DNA of 64,000 nucleotides, taken from the IMG/VR virus record IMGVR_UViG_3300008954_003475, positions 1 to 64,000 of that record; one strand, given 5' to 3'. The translations under genes and the position numbers were made by a program. The notes under the pieces are model-generated. The model searched no databases, was not told the DNA's origin, and worked only from the letters and a program-made list of their open reading frames with translations. Of the stretch, positions 46,676 through 56,643 are shown in pieces. The stretch's first letter is position 1. The number at the start of each line of letters is the position of its first letter.

Positions 46676-49600
46676 TTAGCATGGTTCTCTTGGGAATTTT
46701 ATCAATGCATTCGAATGTGCAGGCTTTAATCTATCGACAAGTTCGACTATCAAATCCTCAACTTCATCACTGTTAATCTTACCAAAATTATCCGCTACTT
46801 CTATATCAAAATTAAAGATACCTTTTGAGGGGTCAACAACCGTTGCATAAAAGTCCTCTTCACTTTCTTGTTCAAAATTCAACATAAGAGTTGTTGCATC
46901 GTCTTTAACCACAGGCATGACGGTATCTGTATTAGATGAATAATTTGGATCAATATAATCTCCTGCAGGATCTTTAAATGTGCTTCTCATCGTTCTGCTA
47001 AATCTTATATTATCCATTCTAGATAATGCCGACTTTCTTTCAAAAGCATCAGACCCAACGCATACTAGTCTAAAATCATCTCCAAGCTTTATATTATAAT
47101 CTATTTGTCTAGAGGCACCTTCTTGTTGTGTGGTTTGCCCATAAACAAACCCTGTACCATATATTACGCCTTCTTGACCATATGTTATGAACCCACTTTC
47201 AACCCCATCTACAAACAGCCTCATCGTATCTGATGCCGAATTTGTCCTATATGTACACATGACTCTATGCCAAGTGTTTCTATTCCAATCTATATCTTTA
47301 CATATTATATTTGTACTACCATTTGCAATTATTGAGAAAACAATCTGACTTCTCTCGTTTTTATAAACAGACACCCTGTCTCCGGATAAGCTGCGCGGAA
47401 TATACGAAACAAGCACATCAACCTTCGATCCTGGCAAAGCATCTGTCAAAAAGAGTCTTTTTCCGTCTGCGGAAAGCTTGCTTCCTATCGAAAAGTCCTT
47501 TTCAATTCCCGTCCCGCCTGTAAGCCGACCTGTTGTTTCGCTTCTATAGATTTCATCAAATAATATTTTATCTATTTCATCCTGAGAATAAAACTCTGAA
47601 AATTCTTGAGAATCTTGCAAAAGCTGCACACTAACAACTTCCTTTGCCGGAGTTGGCAAATCAATTATCGTTGGAGAAAAAGATGTAACTCGCTTTCTGG
47701 TTACCGAATAAATATCAACATAATATCTTTCAACCTCATCTCCGATTGTATCTAAGACTGGACTTATCCAAAACTCAATCGTTCCTTCTTTTCTTCTAAA
47801 ATAAGAAAGCCTATTATTTATAACTAAAGGCTGTGTATTAAAGAATCTTGCTGATAATCCAAAATTATCATTAACGCTGTTTTCGCTAACCAACATATCA
47901 TCGCTTCTAATCAGCTTCGTCTCATTAAATAGCGGCCCATCTTGTGCATAATGACATTCAATATAAGCCTCTATAGCCGTATCTTTATCAAAGCCCATAC
48001 GAACCATTGTTGATACAAACATATCTTCATCATTAATATACTTTAAAAGCTTCTCTCTGTCTTCCAAATCAAGTTTAAATTTAAAATTACTCTCTGTATT
48101 TAAAAACTCTTTTTGCCTTAATCTTCTTGACTGAAGAGCTATTGGGTCATCAAAATGAATCAATGCAAGAGTCTGATCGTCTGGACAGTGTGGATTCGGA
48201 TTCAGAAAATCCTCTGTAACACTTCTCGTTCCATCTGTATCACTTTGTGTAGGCCGTGTATCGCTAGACATCTCCGTTATGATTCTAAACTCATCTATGG
48301 TTCCGCCAAATTGGCCCGCTTCATTCCTATCACACCCTATATAAAGATGATCCCCAACCTTTGGTAGTTTTATATTTAAAAATGCAGGATAATTCAGATA
48401 ATAATCACCAGGATGTAATTCAAACGGATAAAACCCATTGGATCCAGCTGCAGTCAAAATAAGGCTTCCATTTGAATATTCAAATACCTCTGCATATTCT
48501 CCGCCATTATCTGAAACTGTAATTGGATTCGTCTCAATAAGCTCTACAACATACGGCTCATAATCTGGATCTGCCAAATAAATCTCTCCAACCATTTTTG
48601 ATACAGATTTAAATAACTTCTTACCCTTTATTGTTCCGTTTCCTCTTATGGAAAAGACCTCCTCATCCGTTCCGTCTATAGTCTCTCCATATACTGTAAT
48701 CTTATTTGTATAGATATCATCCATGTAACCTTCGGGATATCCTTCTATATCTTTTTCGCAAAAAGCTGTATTGTCTGAATCAAATTTGATCGATAAATAT
48801 CTGCCCAAATTTTTCTTATAAACCTGAACTGGTTGACAAATAAGCAGATGATGACCATCATCACCCTCTAGGTCTATTTCAAAAATTGACCGATGCAAAA
48901 AGTCTTCCTCCTCCACAATGCTGTCTAAAGTAGGAATTGTTCGCGGCAAAACAATCCTTCTTACCGTAACATCTTCCAACGATACTGGCTCTGCAGCGTG
49001 GGCCAAAATAACACTCTTACCGCTCTTTACATCATACGGCTTCTCATCAAGCCTATAATATGAAGAACTAGATAAACTTATTATATCATTACAATTTGCA
49101 TAAACCAAACCAAAGGTTTCTATGTGAATATTTAGATCAGAAAAATCAATCGTACTATTAAAGTTGCAATCAGCATCCTTTCCGACAAACTCTACCACCT
49201 TTGTGGCTATATTAACCCTATATTGTGGATTTATAACATTTTCACCGCTCACAATACTTATTGATCCACCATCTACGGTGTATAATATCCCGCCCAACTC
49301 TGTTTCGTTACCTTCGCAATCTGTTCTAAATATTGCAAAAGAACTATTTCTAAAATCGGTCGCTATATCTTCTTTGATTCCTGCGGTTGGGGGAAACATA
49401 AACTTTATATCAGAAGCAGAAGCGTCAAACGTAACCGTATCCAAGCTTAACCCGCTAACAAAAGTGACATCATCCCCGTCAACGCTGTTTATAATAAACT
49501 CCTGACCAACATATGATGCGGCCACAGTTGACTCCAGGAAGATTATAGACCTTCCTACCATCTCTTGAGAGAAGCCGGCCTTACTTGACGTAAAAGAAGA

Positions 49601-52600
49601 TGAATCAGCCAAAATTGTTCCATCTGTAAAAATATCACAAAACTCTATATTATCAACAAGGAAGTCTTGAAGCATTTCTTTGCTAACATCTGAAAATTTA
49701 TCATTTATCCTAACCGGGACTGGTCCGCCAAACTTATAAATATTTGGAGCTTCAAGGCCATCTACGAATAAATGCATTTCATCTTTTTCATAAAGAGTAT
49801 TTAGCCTCCAACTTGCAGATATATGATGAAGATCTCCTGGCTCAAAGTCTTTTATGTTTGTCGCAATATTATACATATTCACATCACCTCTTGAAGTCTG
49901 TGAATTATCATAAATTCTGAAATTCATAAATCCTTTGCCATCTTTAAATATTGATATTCTATTTTCAGAATCACTTTCGCCGCTATCAAACAAGTATCTT
50001 AATTTATCCGATGTAAAATAAACTTCGTCTACATCATATTCTGATTCTGATGCATATCCATAAGCATCAGCATATCCATCTTCATCACAATCCATATACC
50101 CATCGGCATAAGCATCAGCATATCCATCTGCCTCTCCAATTACGGATAAAGAAAATTCAATTTTAGAATCAGTACTTATAAAGATATCTCCATCCTCTAA
50201 AGTTGTAACCCCATCTTCGTGTCGTCCACTAAACTCTATAAGGCCTATATCTATAAGGTTTCCAGAGTAATTATCATGAAAATTATTTGCATCAACCAAG
50301 GATCCATCAAGCAGGTGTATTCCCAAGAAAGGCTCATTTAATATTTCGCATTCATCTATATCTTTTGATGAAAAATCATCAAAAGTAAGCCTGCTCAAGA
50401 CAAATGTATCAGATTCTATTGTTATTATCTCGTTTTCATAATCTTTTGACAGAATAAGACTATCAAACAATCCTACATCCCAATTCATATAGGCTATATC
50501 CACTATATCGTTGGTATGGCCGTCTAGAACCAAAACCAGCGGCTGCCCTGCATCACTTATTGCTAACGCAACCTTTATATTTAAAGCATCATCATAAACA
50601 TGTATTGGAACAATACCCGTCATAACTCCAGATACCGCCCCTTCAAATCTATCCGATGAAGAGGTTAAAATATCATAATCTAATTCTGACACCTTAAACG
50701 AAACCGTTACAGAATAATCTCCACCATGACATGGGAGTCTTGTGTATACAAAGTTACCATCTGATTCGGCATGATTACAGCTTTCCACATCATAAACTGA
50801 TGGCCCCATCCGATAGACTCCGCCACTCTGAATAGTATCAAAGCCTCCATGCTTCATCCAGAGAGATGACTCAGTTTCTGTGCCTCCAAGCAATATGTTT
50901 ATTAAATCCGAACTTGTTTCGTCAAGCTTTCTCCACCCGCGCCCTGGCTCTTTTCCGTCCAAAACTCCATCGCCGCAATATCTATACTCCGCAGAGCAAA
51001 CAAGGCCCGTTGGGCATCCCGACCCATCCTCATTCCTGTGCGCTCTTACTACAGATGAAAATTCACCATCTGTATTTATAGTTCCTGAAAAAGTATGATC
51101 TATTGGAACATCCGAATAGACAAACTCATAATCTCCGCCCGAGCCTCCGGACGCCTCGCAAACCCCTATTGGAACATTTACCGAGTTTCCAGCCCTGGTC
51201 CTAAAGACCCATTGACCAGCGTCTTCTGCTAGCGGAGATAAGCACAATTCGTCAAACCCTATAAAAACACCCTCTGAAGAATCTGAGTTGTACGGCAATC
51301 CAACCGACGTATCCGGGAAATCATACTTGTTTACCTCAAACGGTACACCTTTAGGGCTTCTTGCTGCAGCGCCAATATAAATATCATTTTCATTAAACCT
51401 ATTATATATTGAATACTTCAACCTTCCTATATCCACTATAGACTTTGCAGACCTATCTAGCGTTCCTGCTGCAATCTTGCCTGATAAAGCACTAGAATTA
51501 TGAACAGAGCTTATGCCATCAGCTGTATTAAACCATTTGTCAATATTAAAGGCTTCATAAATAACATCCTCTTTATCAACCCCGATAAGATCAGTATAAA
51601 ATAGCTTTATAGTCTTTTTCTTAGGCCCAACAGCGCTATTTACAACAATCTCTACCAAATTATTCAAAGGATCCCTTGTAAACTTTAGATCAACAAAATC
51701 TGACATCCAATCTAATATGTAGCTTTTTGCTTCATATCCTAAATACTTTGTAGATTCTGGATTAGCATTTGTAAGAATGGATGCAGTCTGATAAAGCACT
51801 GTTATTTCGCCAGTTGGCAGCAGTGTATTTATTGCGGCCGAACCTTGTGCTGTCACATATTGTTGATTATCTGGAATTCTATTTATTATGAATCCAGACA
51901 CAGAATCTGGAATTCTGCCTTCTACTGTATTTCCATCTTCATCTAGAAACGCATATACTTCATATATCGCACCGCGAGTATCTAAAATTCTAAAAGCAGA
52001 TGGACGATCATCAAACGCGACATCTACATCGCTTATATATGAAAATGGTATACTAAAGTCTAAATCAATCGTAATAGACTGGAAATTCTTATCTCTAAAT
52101 TTAGACAGCTCCTCAAGAGTGTCGTTGACTTTGCAGCTACAATTTCTTGTAGTATGCAGCCTATCATAAGTTGGTATTTCATTACTCTCTATATGCTCAT
52201 ACCCAACTCTAAATGTATATATTCTTCCACTTTCCGGATTGCATAATGGTCTTAATGAAAACAGCATAAACAGCAATTTATTCGTATCTCCCATAGATAT
52301 AAACGCTGGGCTGCTAAACCTAAGAAGGTCTAATTCGCTACCCTCTGCCAAGAGGCCTCTAGAGGAGTCAGACATGGATCTTCCGAGTCCAAGGATACCC
52401 AAGGATGCCTTATTAAACGCAATGTCCTCAGAGGGCTTTCTGCGTGGAGGGTTTATTACTTCTGGGGCAGAAAAATTAGACACCTTTAATGATATGTCCA
52501 TCTCTGTTTTTACAATCCTACTGATAGAATCTTCTTGTTTGACCAAGACAAAAGCACCAATGCTTTCTTCCTCTTCCCCTCCTCGCTCATCAACCCAAGA

Positions 52601-55600
52601 GCTTGTATAGTTATGCAGAGTTATGCTTGGAAGCGAATTGTCCACCCCTCCTATGACATGATCTGAAGCCAAAACCCCAAAATTATTATCATAATTAAAT
52701 GGATTGGTTCCAAGTTTGTAAACATAATTTTTGGTACCAATATTGTCTATATCTATAGTTAAAGTTGCATCATTATCAATTCCGGCCCACTCCGGGCAAA
52801 TCCATGCCGAAAGCGTTCCTTCGCTCAAATTAATATTCGAAAGAGAAGGGGTCTGTATAACGATATCGTCATTTATCATAACCCCCTCATTAAACTTGCA
52901 GGATTTAAACTCCAAAATTCCATCTGCACTCAATGTTCCGGGGTGTAAATAATCTCTGCCCAAAATCCAGCTTCCAAATACAGACTCTGTAATCTCAGGG
53001 GTTATGTCTGTAAAAGATTTTATCAAAGACTTAAAAGAAGGTGTGGTTGGCCCGTTTGTAAAGGCTTGCATCGTTCCCGCTAAAGCATTTCTATAAAGCT
53101 CTCTATCTGCAGTTATTGGAAATCTTTGAAAAAACGGAATCTTAGTTAATATTCCAAAATTTTTCTTCAAAGCATCTCTCAATGCTCCAAATTTGTATGT
53201 AACAAAATATGTTTCACCCTCTGATATTGCACTTCCTATGGACCAATCTACTTCATTATCTCCATACTCATATGAAATATAGATATCGTCATATGAATAT
53301 ACATAGCCAAGGAAAAGCCTGCCAGCCCTGAAGTCAACACCAACTTCGGTTCCTATCTTCGGAACAAAGGTGGTCTTGTATATAACCTCAACTGGATCAC
53401 CAGAATTAACATATGAGTCGGCCGGAATAGTGATTGTGATTCCAGAATCAGCTTTGTCCGTCTGAGCCTTAACGATAACCTGGGCGCTGCCCAAGTCTGG
53501 CGAATCTGCCTCAACATTATTCTCTGCTGGAACAGAAACTGTTATATTGGATAATTCTGCATCAAAACCTGTTATCGCAAATCGACTGCCTCCTTCGTCT
53601 AGTAAGAAATCTCCATCAAAATCTATGTCGTCCAGAATGGGGCCTGACTTTATTTCTACAACAACTTCATCGCCCGATTCTTCTGCAAAAACTATCTCTA
53701 AATCATCTATTTTAACAACATTTAATTTATCATTAAAAATTTCAGAACCTGTTGGCGTATGTATTATTTTATAAATTTCGTCAAATTCAGAATCATTTAT
53801 TGTAATCAAATAATCATCACCACTACTAAGTAACCTTGTGCTATAACTCTTTTTTAAGTCTATAACATTATCTTCAAAAGACATAAATGTAGTATCAAAG
53901 ATATTTCCGCCACCGTCTTTTACGAGCTCCTTTACAACGTCTGACCCCAAGTCTTCAAGCCTACTAGCCTCTGCTTCGTAGGTTAACCTTGACCCCTCTA
54001 AGAGCCCCGTTGAGTACACCCCGTTTACCTCAGAGACTTTCATGGGCAAGACCACTGTAAAGTCATCCAAAACAACACAAACATCTTGAAGGTTTCCATT
54101 AAAATCTATGGCCGTAGTTTCTCCGTCCGGAAGCAAAACAGTATTTTCTAAATCAAGTAAAGAAATAGTGCTGCTAGTATTTGATGGCTCATCATAAATT
54201 TTTGTAGCATCTTCCAAAGTATCTGAAGAAACTAACTTCTTCGAAGCCTCTACAATACTTATTATATTGGTATTGAAAGGCGTAATTGAATTATAATTAT
54301 AGTTAATATAACCTAATTCATAATCTTGATCATAAGATGTTGCCAAATAAACCTGGCCATGCCTATAGTCTACACAGTAATCTCCAACTTTGCGCAAACG
54401 AGATAGGTTTTCAAAAAAGCCTTCTCCTTTTGACGATAATATTTCAGAAGTCAAACTATCATCCGAAGCTCTGCTCACTCCTGGGTTTGAATTAATATCC
54501 CCAAAGTACTTCTCTCTTGCAAAAAGATCTGTTTTTGTAAATTCAATTGATGTATTTATATACGATCCAATTGCATCTCCTGAGCCATTTATAATATAAT
54601 TATTATCCAAGCTAAAGGCCAACCCCTTTGGACCTATAGTTACATCTTCATTCAAACTTGGCGCTGTAGCTGTAGAGTTTATAGACACTGAGCTGATCAG
54701 GTTGTCAGAATCTGGCGTTCCAAAAAACTTAATTTGTAAATCTTCAATATCATCAGAGCCGTCTAACCCCGTACTTCTTATGAAATAATCTTGAGAATTT
54801 TGATCAATTAATTCAGCAGGAATTCCCGGTGAGAATTGAATACTGCTATTAGACGCATTTGCTGTTATGGTTATAGAAAATGTTGGACAAACAAATTCTC
54901 CAATTGGCTCTAATCTTTCCAACTCTATTAAATCAAACTTTGCTAACTCATTCTCTTCTGTCCTGAACTCTGGAGAACGAGAGCCTGTAAAGTAAATCTC
55001 ATCCCTTGTATTATATAGAGGCAGATAAACCTCTCCAGTTGTTTGGTTAAAAACTCTAAATACATTTGTTACTGGCGTATTTTGTGGACTTATGATAAAT
55101 GAAGATACAAAATTATTTTCTACATGCTCGTTAAATACCTCTGTATGGCAAGGAGCTCTGTAATCAACATCCTCGACATAGACCTTATCGTAATTAAAGT
55201 CTATATTTACACCTTCTCCAACTAAGCTTCTGTTGCTTGCGGCAACAAACTCATTATCTTTTATATAAAAATCTAGATTTCTAGAAAATGAATTTCTATA
55301 TAAATATTCTGCAACATTATTATTAGACCCAGTGCCATCCCCGATCTCTTCGGCTCCGACCACTATAACCTCTCCTGTTGCATAATTTACTGCAAACTCA
55401 CCAACTCTAGAAGGTAACTTTGAAGCATTGAAAACAAGCTCTAACTGAAACTCATCTGGAATTTCTGATAAATTCTCTCCTGCCTTAAAAGCTATACCGC
55501 CCGTCTCTGGTATTTCATTTTCATAATTTACTATTGGAGCGTTTTCTAAGAAAAATCTTGTAATATTGGTAGGAATAGACTCTGTTTCGGCTTCTTTAAG

Positions 55601-56635
55601 ATTATATACTTCTATTGAATTTTCATTAACGTCTATCCCTGTATCTCTATAAAGATACGATACCAAAATAGTATCCCCTACAGTTGGTTCGTCTATATTT
55701 CCAAATTCTGATAACAAAACCCCATCTGTATCAAGATCACTGTTGCTAAAAGCATATATTGGATCATATCGATTGTCAGATATTGAATACTTATAAAGTG
55801 AAATACCATACTCTGTGCCTATTTCTCCATCACAGTCTTCTTCGTCTGTAGACTTTATATGCTTTAGACCCACTATCTTTATTACATTTTTATTAACCAA
55901 GGATAGAAGAAAGCCTTTAAACCAATTGCCTTCGGATGAAATAGATATCTCTTCTTCTTCTACATATATTTCTTGCAAAGAAATGGGATGATCCGGAATA
56001 GAATCGTGCATATCTATATCAGAATCTTCACTATATTCTAACGATTTGAAGGTCAAGTTTCCAGCTGTTCTGCTTGAGGAAATACGATCTATTTCATATA
56101 CCCCCTCATTTGCCAGCCGATCTGTTGCTCCAGAGCTTCTCGTTCTACGCTCGTCCTTAACACTTGTTGAGATATAATTATCGCTTAATACTTCTCCAAT
56201 ATGCTTTTGAGCCTGAAACAGCTCTTCTGATTGAGCGTTAATTAAATTATTTATATTTGTATTTTCAAGATCATAAAGCTTTGGAATATTCAAGACCATG
56301 CGGTCTCTAATTGGATTATGATTCTTAAGACCTACAAAGTACAGCTCCCTGCTTACATCGTCATTTATTAACGGAGTACCGGAAGATGCGGCAAAAGGAA
56401 TCTCATCTGTGTCTAATAACTTTAATATATAAAAGTTGCCTGCAACCTGTGGCTTTGTTCTTACAATTACAGACTTCTCTTCCACAGTAACTTGCGTTAC
56501 TTCTAAATTATCTACATTACCACTAACCGACTCAACCAAGAAGTGATCTTGGTTCAGCAGCTCTGTTAACTCTTTATTAAAAGTTACTTTTAGTTCAGTA
56601 CTCGATGGTATTGAAAAAGAAACTGGTCTAAGCAT
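46676..56635 (-). CDS. Giant baseplate wedge-like protein (3319 aa) with Ig-like and LamG/concanavalin-like domains
   Basis: Directly follows baseplate J; C-terminal LVDRLKPAH motif (tail protein I/gp7-like); LamG-like motifs EGTLSAW, HHISASW, EGTIEFW, WHRVMCTY..MRLFVDG, FGGTIDEFRI. Confidence 0.65.
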   Translation of the reverse strand: MLRPVSFSIPSSTELKVTFNKELTELLNQDHFLVESVSGNVDNLEVTQVTVEEKSVIVRTKPQVAGNFYILKLLDTDEIPFAASSGTPLINDDVSRELYFVGLKNHNPIRDRMVLNIPKLYDLENTNINNLINAQSEELFQAQKHIGEVLSDNYISTSVKDERRTRSSGATDRLANEGVYEIDRISSSRTAGNLTFKSLEYSEDSDIDMHDSIPDHPISLQEIYVEEEEISISSEGNWFKGFLLSLVNKNVIKIVGLKHIKSTDEEDCDGEIGTEYGISLYKYSISDNRYDPIYAFSNSDLDTDGVLLSEFGNIDEPTVGDTILVSYLYRDTGIDVNENSIEVYNLKEAETESIPTNITRFFLENAPIVNYENEIPETGGIAFKAGENLSEIPDEFQLELVFNASKLPSRVGEFAVNYATGEVIVVGAEEIGDGTGSNNNVAEYLYRNSFSRNLDFYIKDNEFVAASNRSLVGEGVNIDFNYDKVYVEDVDYRAPCHTEVFNEHVENNFVSSFIISPQNTPVTNVFRVFNQTTGEVYLPLYNTRDEIYFTGSRSPEFRTEENELAKFDLIELERLEPIGEFVCPTFSITITANASNSSIQFSPGIPAELIDQNSQDYFIRSTGLDGSDDIEDLQIKFFGTPDSDNLISSVSINSTATAPSLNEDVTIGPKGLAFSLDNNYIINGSGDAIGSYINTSIEFTKTDLFAREKYFGDINSNPGVSRASDDSLTSEILSSKGEGFFENLSRLRKVGDYCVDYRHGQVYLATSYDQDYELGYINYNYNSITPFNTNIISIVEASKKLVSSDTLEDATKIYDEPSNTSSTISLLDLENTVLLPDGETTAIDFNGNLQDVCVVLDDFTVVLPMKVSEVNGVYSTGLLEGSRLTYEAEASRLEDLGSDVVKELVKDGGGNIFDTTFMSFEDNVIDLKKSYSTRLLSSGDDYLITINDSEFDEIYKIIHTPTGSEIFNDKLNVVKIDDLEIVFAEESGDEVVVEIKSGPILDDIDFDGDFLLDEGGSRFAITGFDAELSNITVSVPAENNVEADSPDLGSAQVIVKAQTDKADSGITITIPADSYVNSGDPVEVIYKTTFVPKIGTEVGVDFRAGRLFLGYVYSYDDIYISYEYGDNEVDWSIGSAISEGETYFVTYKFGALRDALKKNFGILTKIPFFQRFPITADRELYRNALAGTMQAFTNGPTTPSFKSLIKSFTDITPEITESVFGSWILGRDYLHPGTLSADGILEFKSCKFNEGVMINDDIVIQTPSLSNINLSEGTLSAWICPEWAGIDNDATLTIDIDNIGTKNYVYKLGTNPFNYDNNFGVLASDHVIGGVDNSLPSITLHNYTSSWVDERGGEEEESIGAFVLVKQEDSISRIVKTEMDISLKVSNFSAPEVINPPRRKPSEDIAFNKASLGILGLGRSMSDSSRGLLAEGSELDLLRFSSPAFISMGDTNKLLFMLFSLRPLCNPESGRIYTFRVGYEHIESNEIPTYDRLHTTRNCSCKVNDTLEELSKFRDKNFQSITIDLDFSIPFSYISDVDVAFDDRPSAFRILDTRGAIYEVYAFLDEDGNTVEGRIPDSVSGFIINRIPDNQQYVTAQGSAAINTLLPTGEITVLYQTASILTNANPESTKYLGYEAKSYILDWMSDFVDLKFTRDPLNNLVEIVVNSAVGPKKKTIKLFYTDLIGVDKEDVIYEAFNIDKWFNTADGISSVHNSSALSGKIAAGTLDRSAKSIVDIGRLKYSIYNRFNENDIYIGAAARSPKGVPFEVNKYDFPDTSVGLPYNSDSSEGVFIGFDELCLSPLAEDAGQWVFRTRAGNSVNVPIGVCEASGGSGGDYEFVYSDVPIDHTFSGTINTDGEFSSVVRAHRNEDGSGCPTGLVCSAEYRYCGDGVLDGKEPGRGWRKLDETSSDLINILLGGTETESSLWMKHGGFDTIQSGGVYRMGPSVYDVESCNHAESDGNFVYTRLPCHGGDYSVTVSFKVSELDYDILTSSSDRFEGAVSGVMTGIVPIHVYDDALNIKVALAISDAGQPLVLVLDGHTNDIVDIAYMNWDVGLFDSLILSKDYENEIITIESDTFVLSRLTFDDFSSKDIDECEILNEPFLGIHLLDGSLVDANNFHDNYSGNLIDIGLIEFSGRHEDGVTTLEDGDIFISTDSKIEFSLSVIGEADGYADAYADGYMDCDEDGYADAYGYASESEYDVDEVYFTSDKLRYLFDSGESDSENRISIFKDGKGFMNFRIYDNSQTSRGDVNMYNIATNIKDFEPGDLHHISASWRLNTLYEKDEMHLFVDGLEAPNIYKFGGPVPVRINDKFSDVSKEMLQDFLVDNIEFCDIFTDGTILADSSSFTSSKAGFSQEMVGRSIIFLESTVAASYVGQEFIINSVDGDDVTFVSGLSLDTVTFDASASDIKFMFPPTAGIKEDIATDFRNSSFAIFRTDCEGNETELGGILYTVDGGSISIVSGENVINPQYRVNIATKVVEFVGKDADCNFNSTIDFSDLNIHIETFGLVYANCNDIISLSSSSYYRLDEKPYDVKSGKSVILAHAAEPVSLEDVTVRRIVLPRTIPTLDSIVEEEDFLHRSIFEIDLEGDDGHHLLICQPVQVYKKNLGRYLSIKFDSDNTAFCEKDIEGYPEGYMDDIYTNKITVYGETIDGTDEEVFSIRGNGTIKGKKLFKSVSKMVGEIYLADPDYEPYVVELIETNPITVSDNGGEYAEVFEYSNGSLILTAAGSNGFYPFELHPGDYYLNYPAFLNIKLPKVGDHLYIGCDRNEAGQFGGTIDEFRIITEMSSDTRPTQSDTDGTRSVTEDFLNPNPHCPDDQTLALIHFDDPIALQSRRLRQKEFLNTESNFKFKLDLEDREKLLKYINDEDMFVSTMVRMGFDKDTAIEAYIECHYAQDGPLFNETKLIRSDDMLVSENSVNDNFGLSARFFNTQPLVINNRLSYFRRKEGTIEFWISPVLDTIGDEVERYYVDIYSVTRKRVTSFSPTIIDLPTPAKEVVSVQLLQDSQEFSEFYSQDEIDKILFDEIYRSETTGRLTGGTGIEKDFSIGSKLSADGKRLFLTDALPGSKVDVLVSYIPRSLSGDRVSVYKNERSQIVFSIIANGSTNIICKDIDWNRNTWHRVMCTYRTNSASDTMRLFVDGVESGFITYGQEGVIYGTGFVYGQTTQQEGASRQIDYNIKLGDDFRLVCVGSDAFERKSALSRMDNIRFSRTMRSTFKDPAGDYIDPNYSSNTDTVMPVVKDDATTLMLNFEQESEEDFYATVVDPSKGIFNFDIEVADNFGKINSDEVEDLIVELVDRLKPAHSNALIKFPREPC
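50059..50129. repeat. 23-nt direct repeat cataagcatcagcatatccatct (50059-50081, 50107-50129) encoding DGYADAY
   Basis: Direct reading of the sequence. Confidence 0.85.
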
Positions 56636-56643
56636 ACCCTTAC

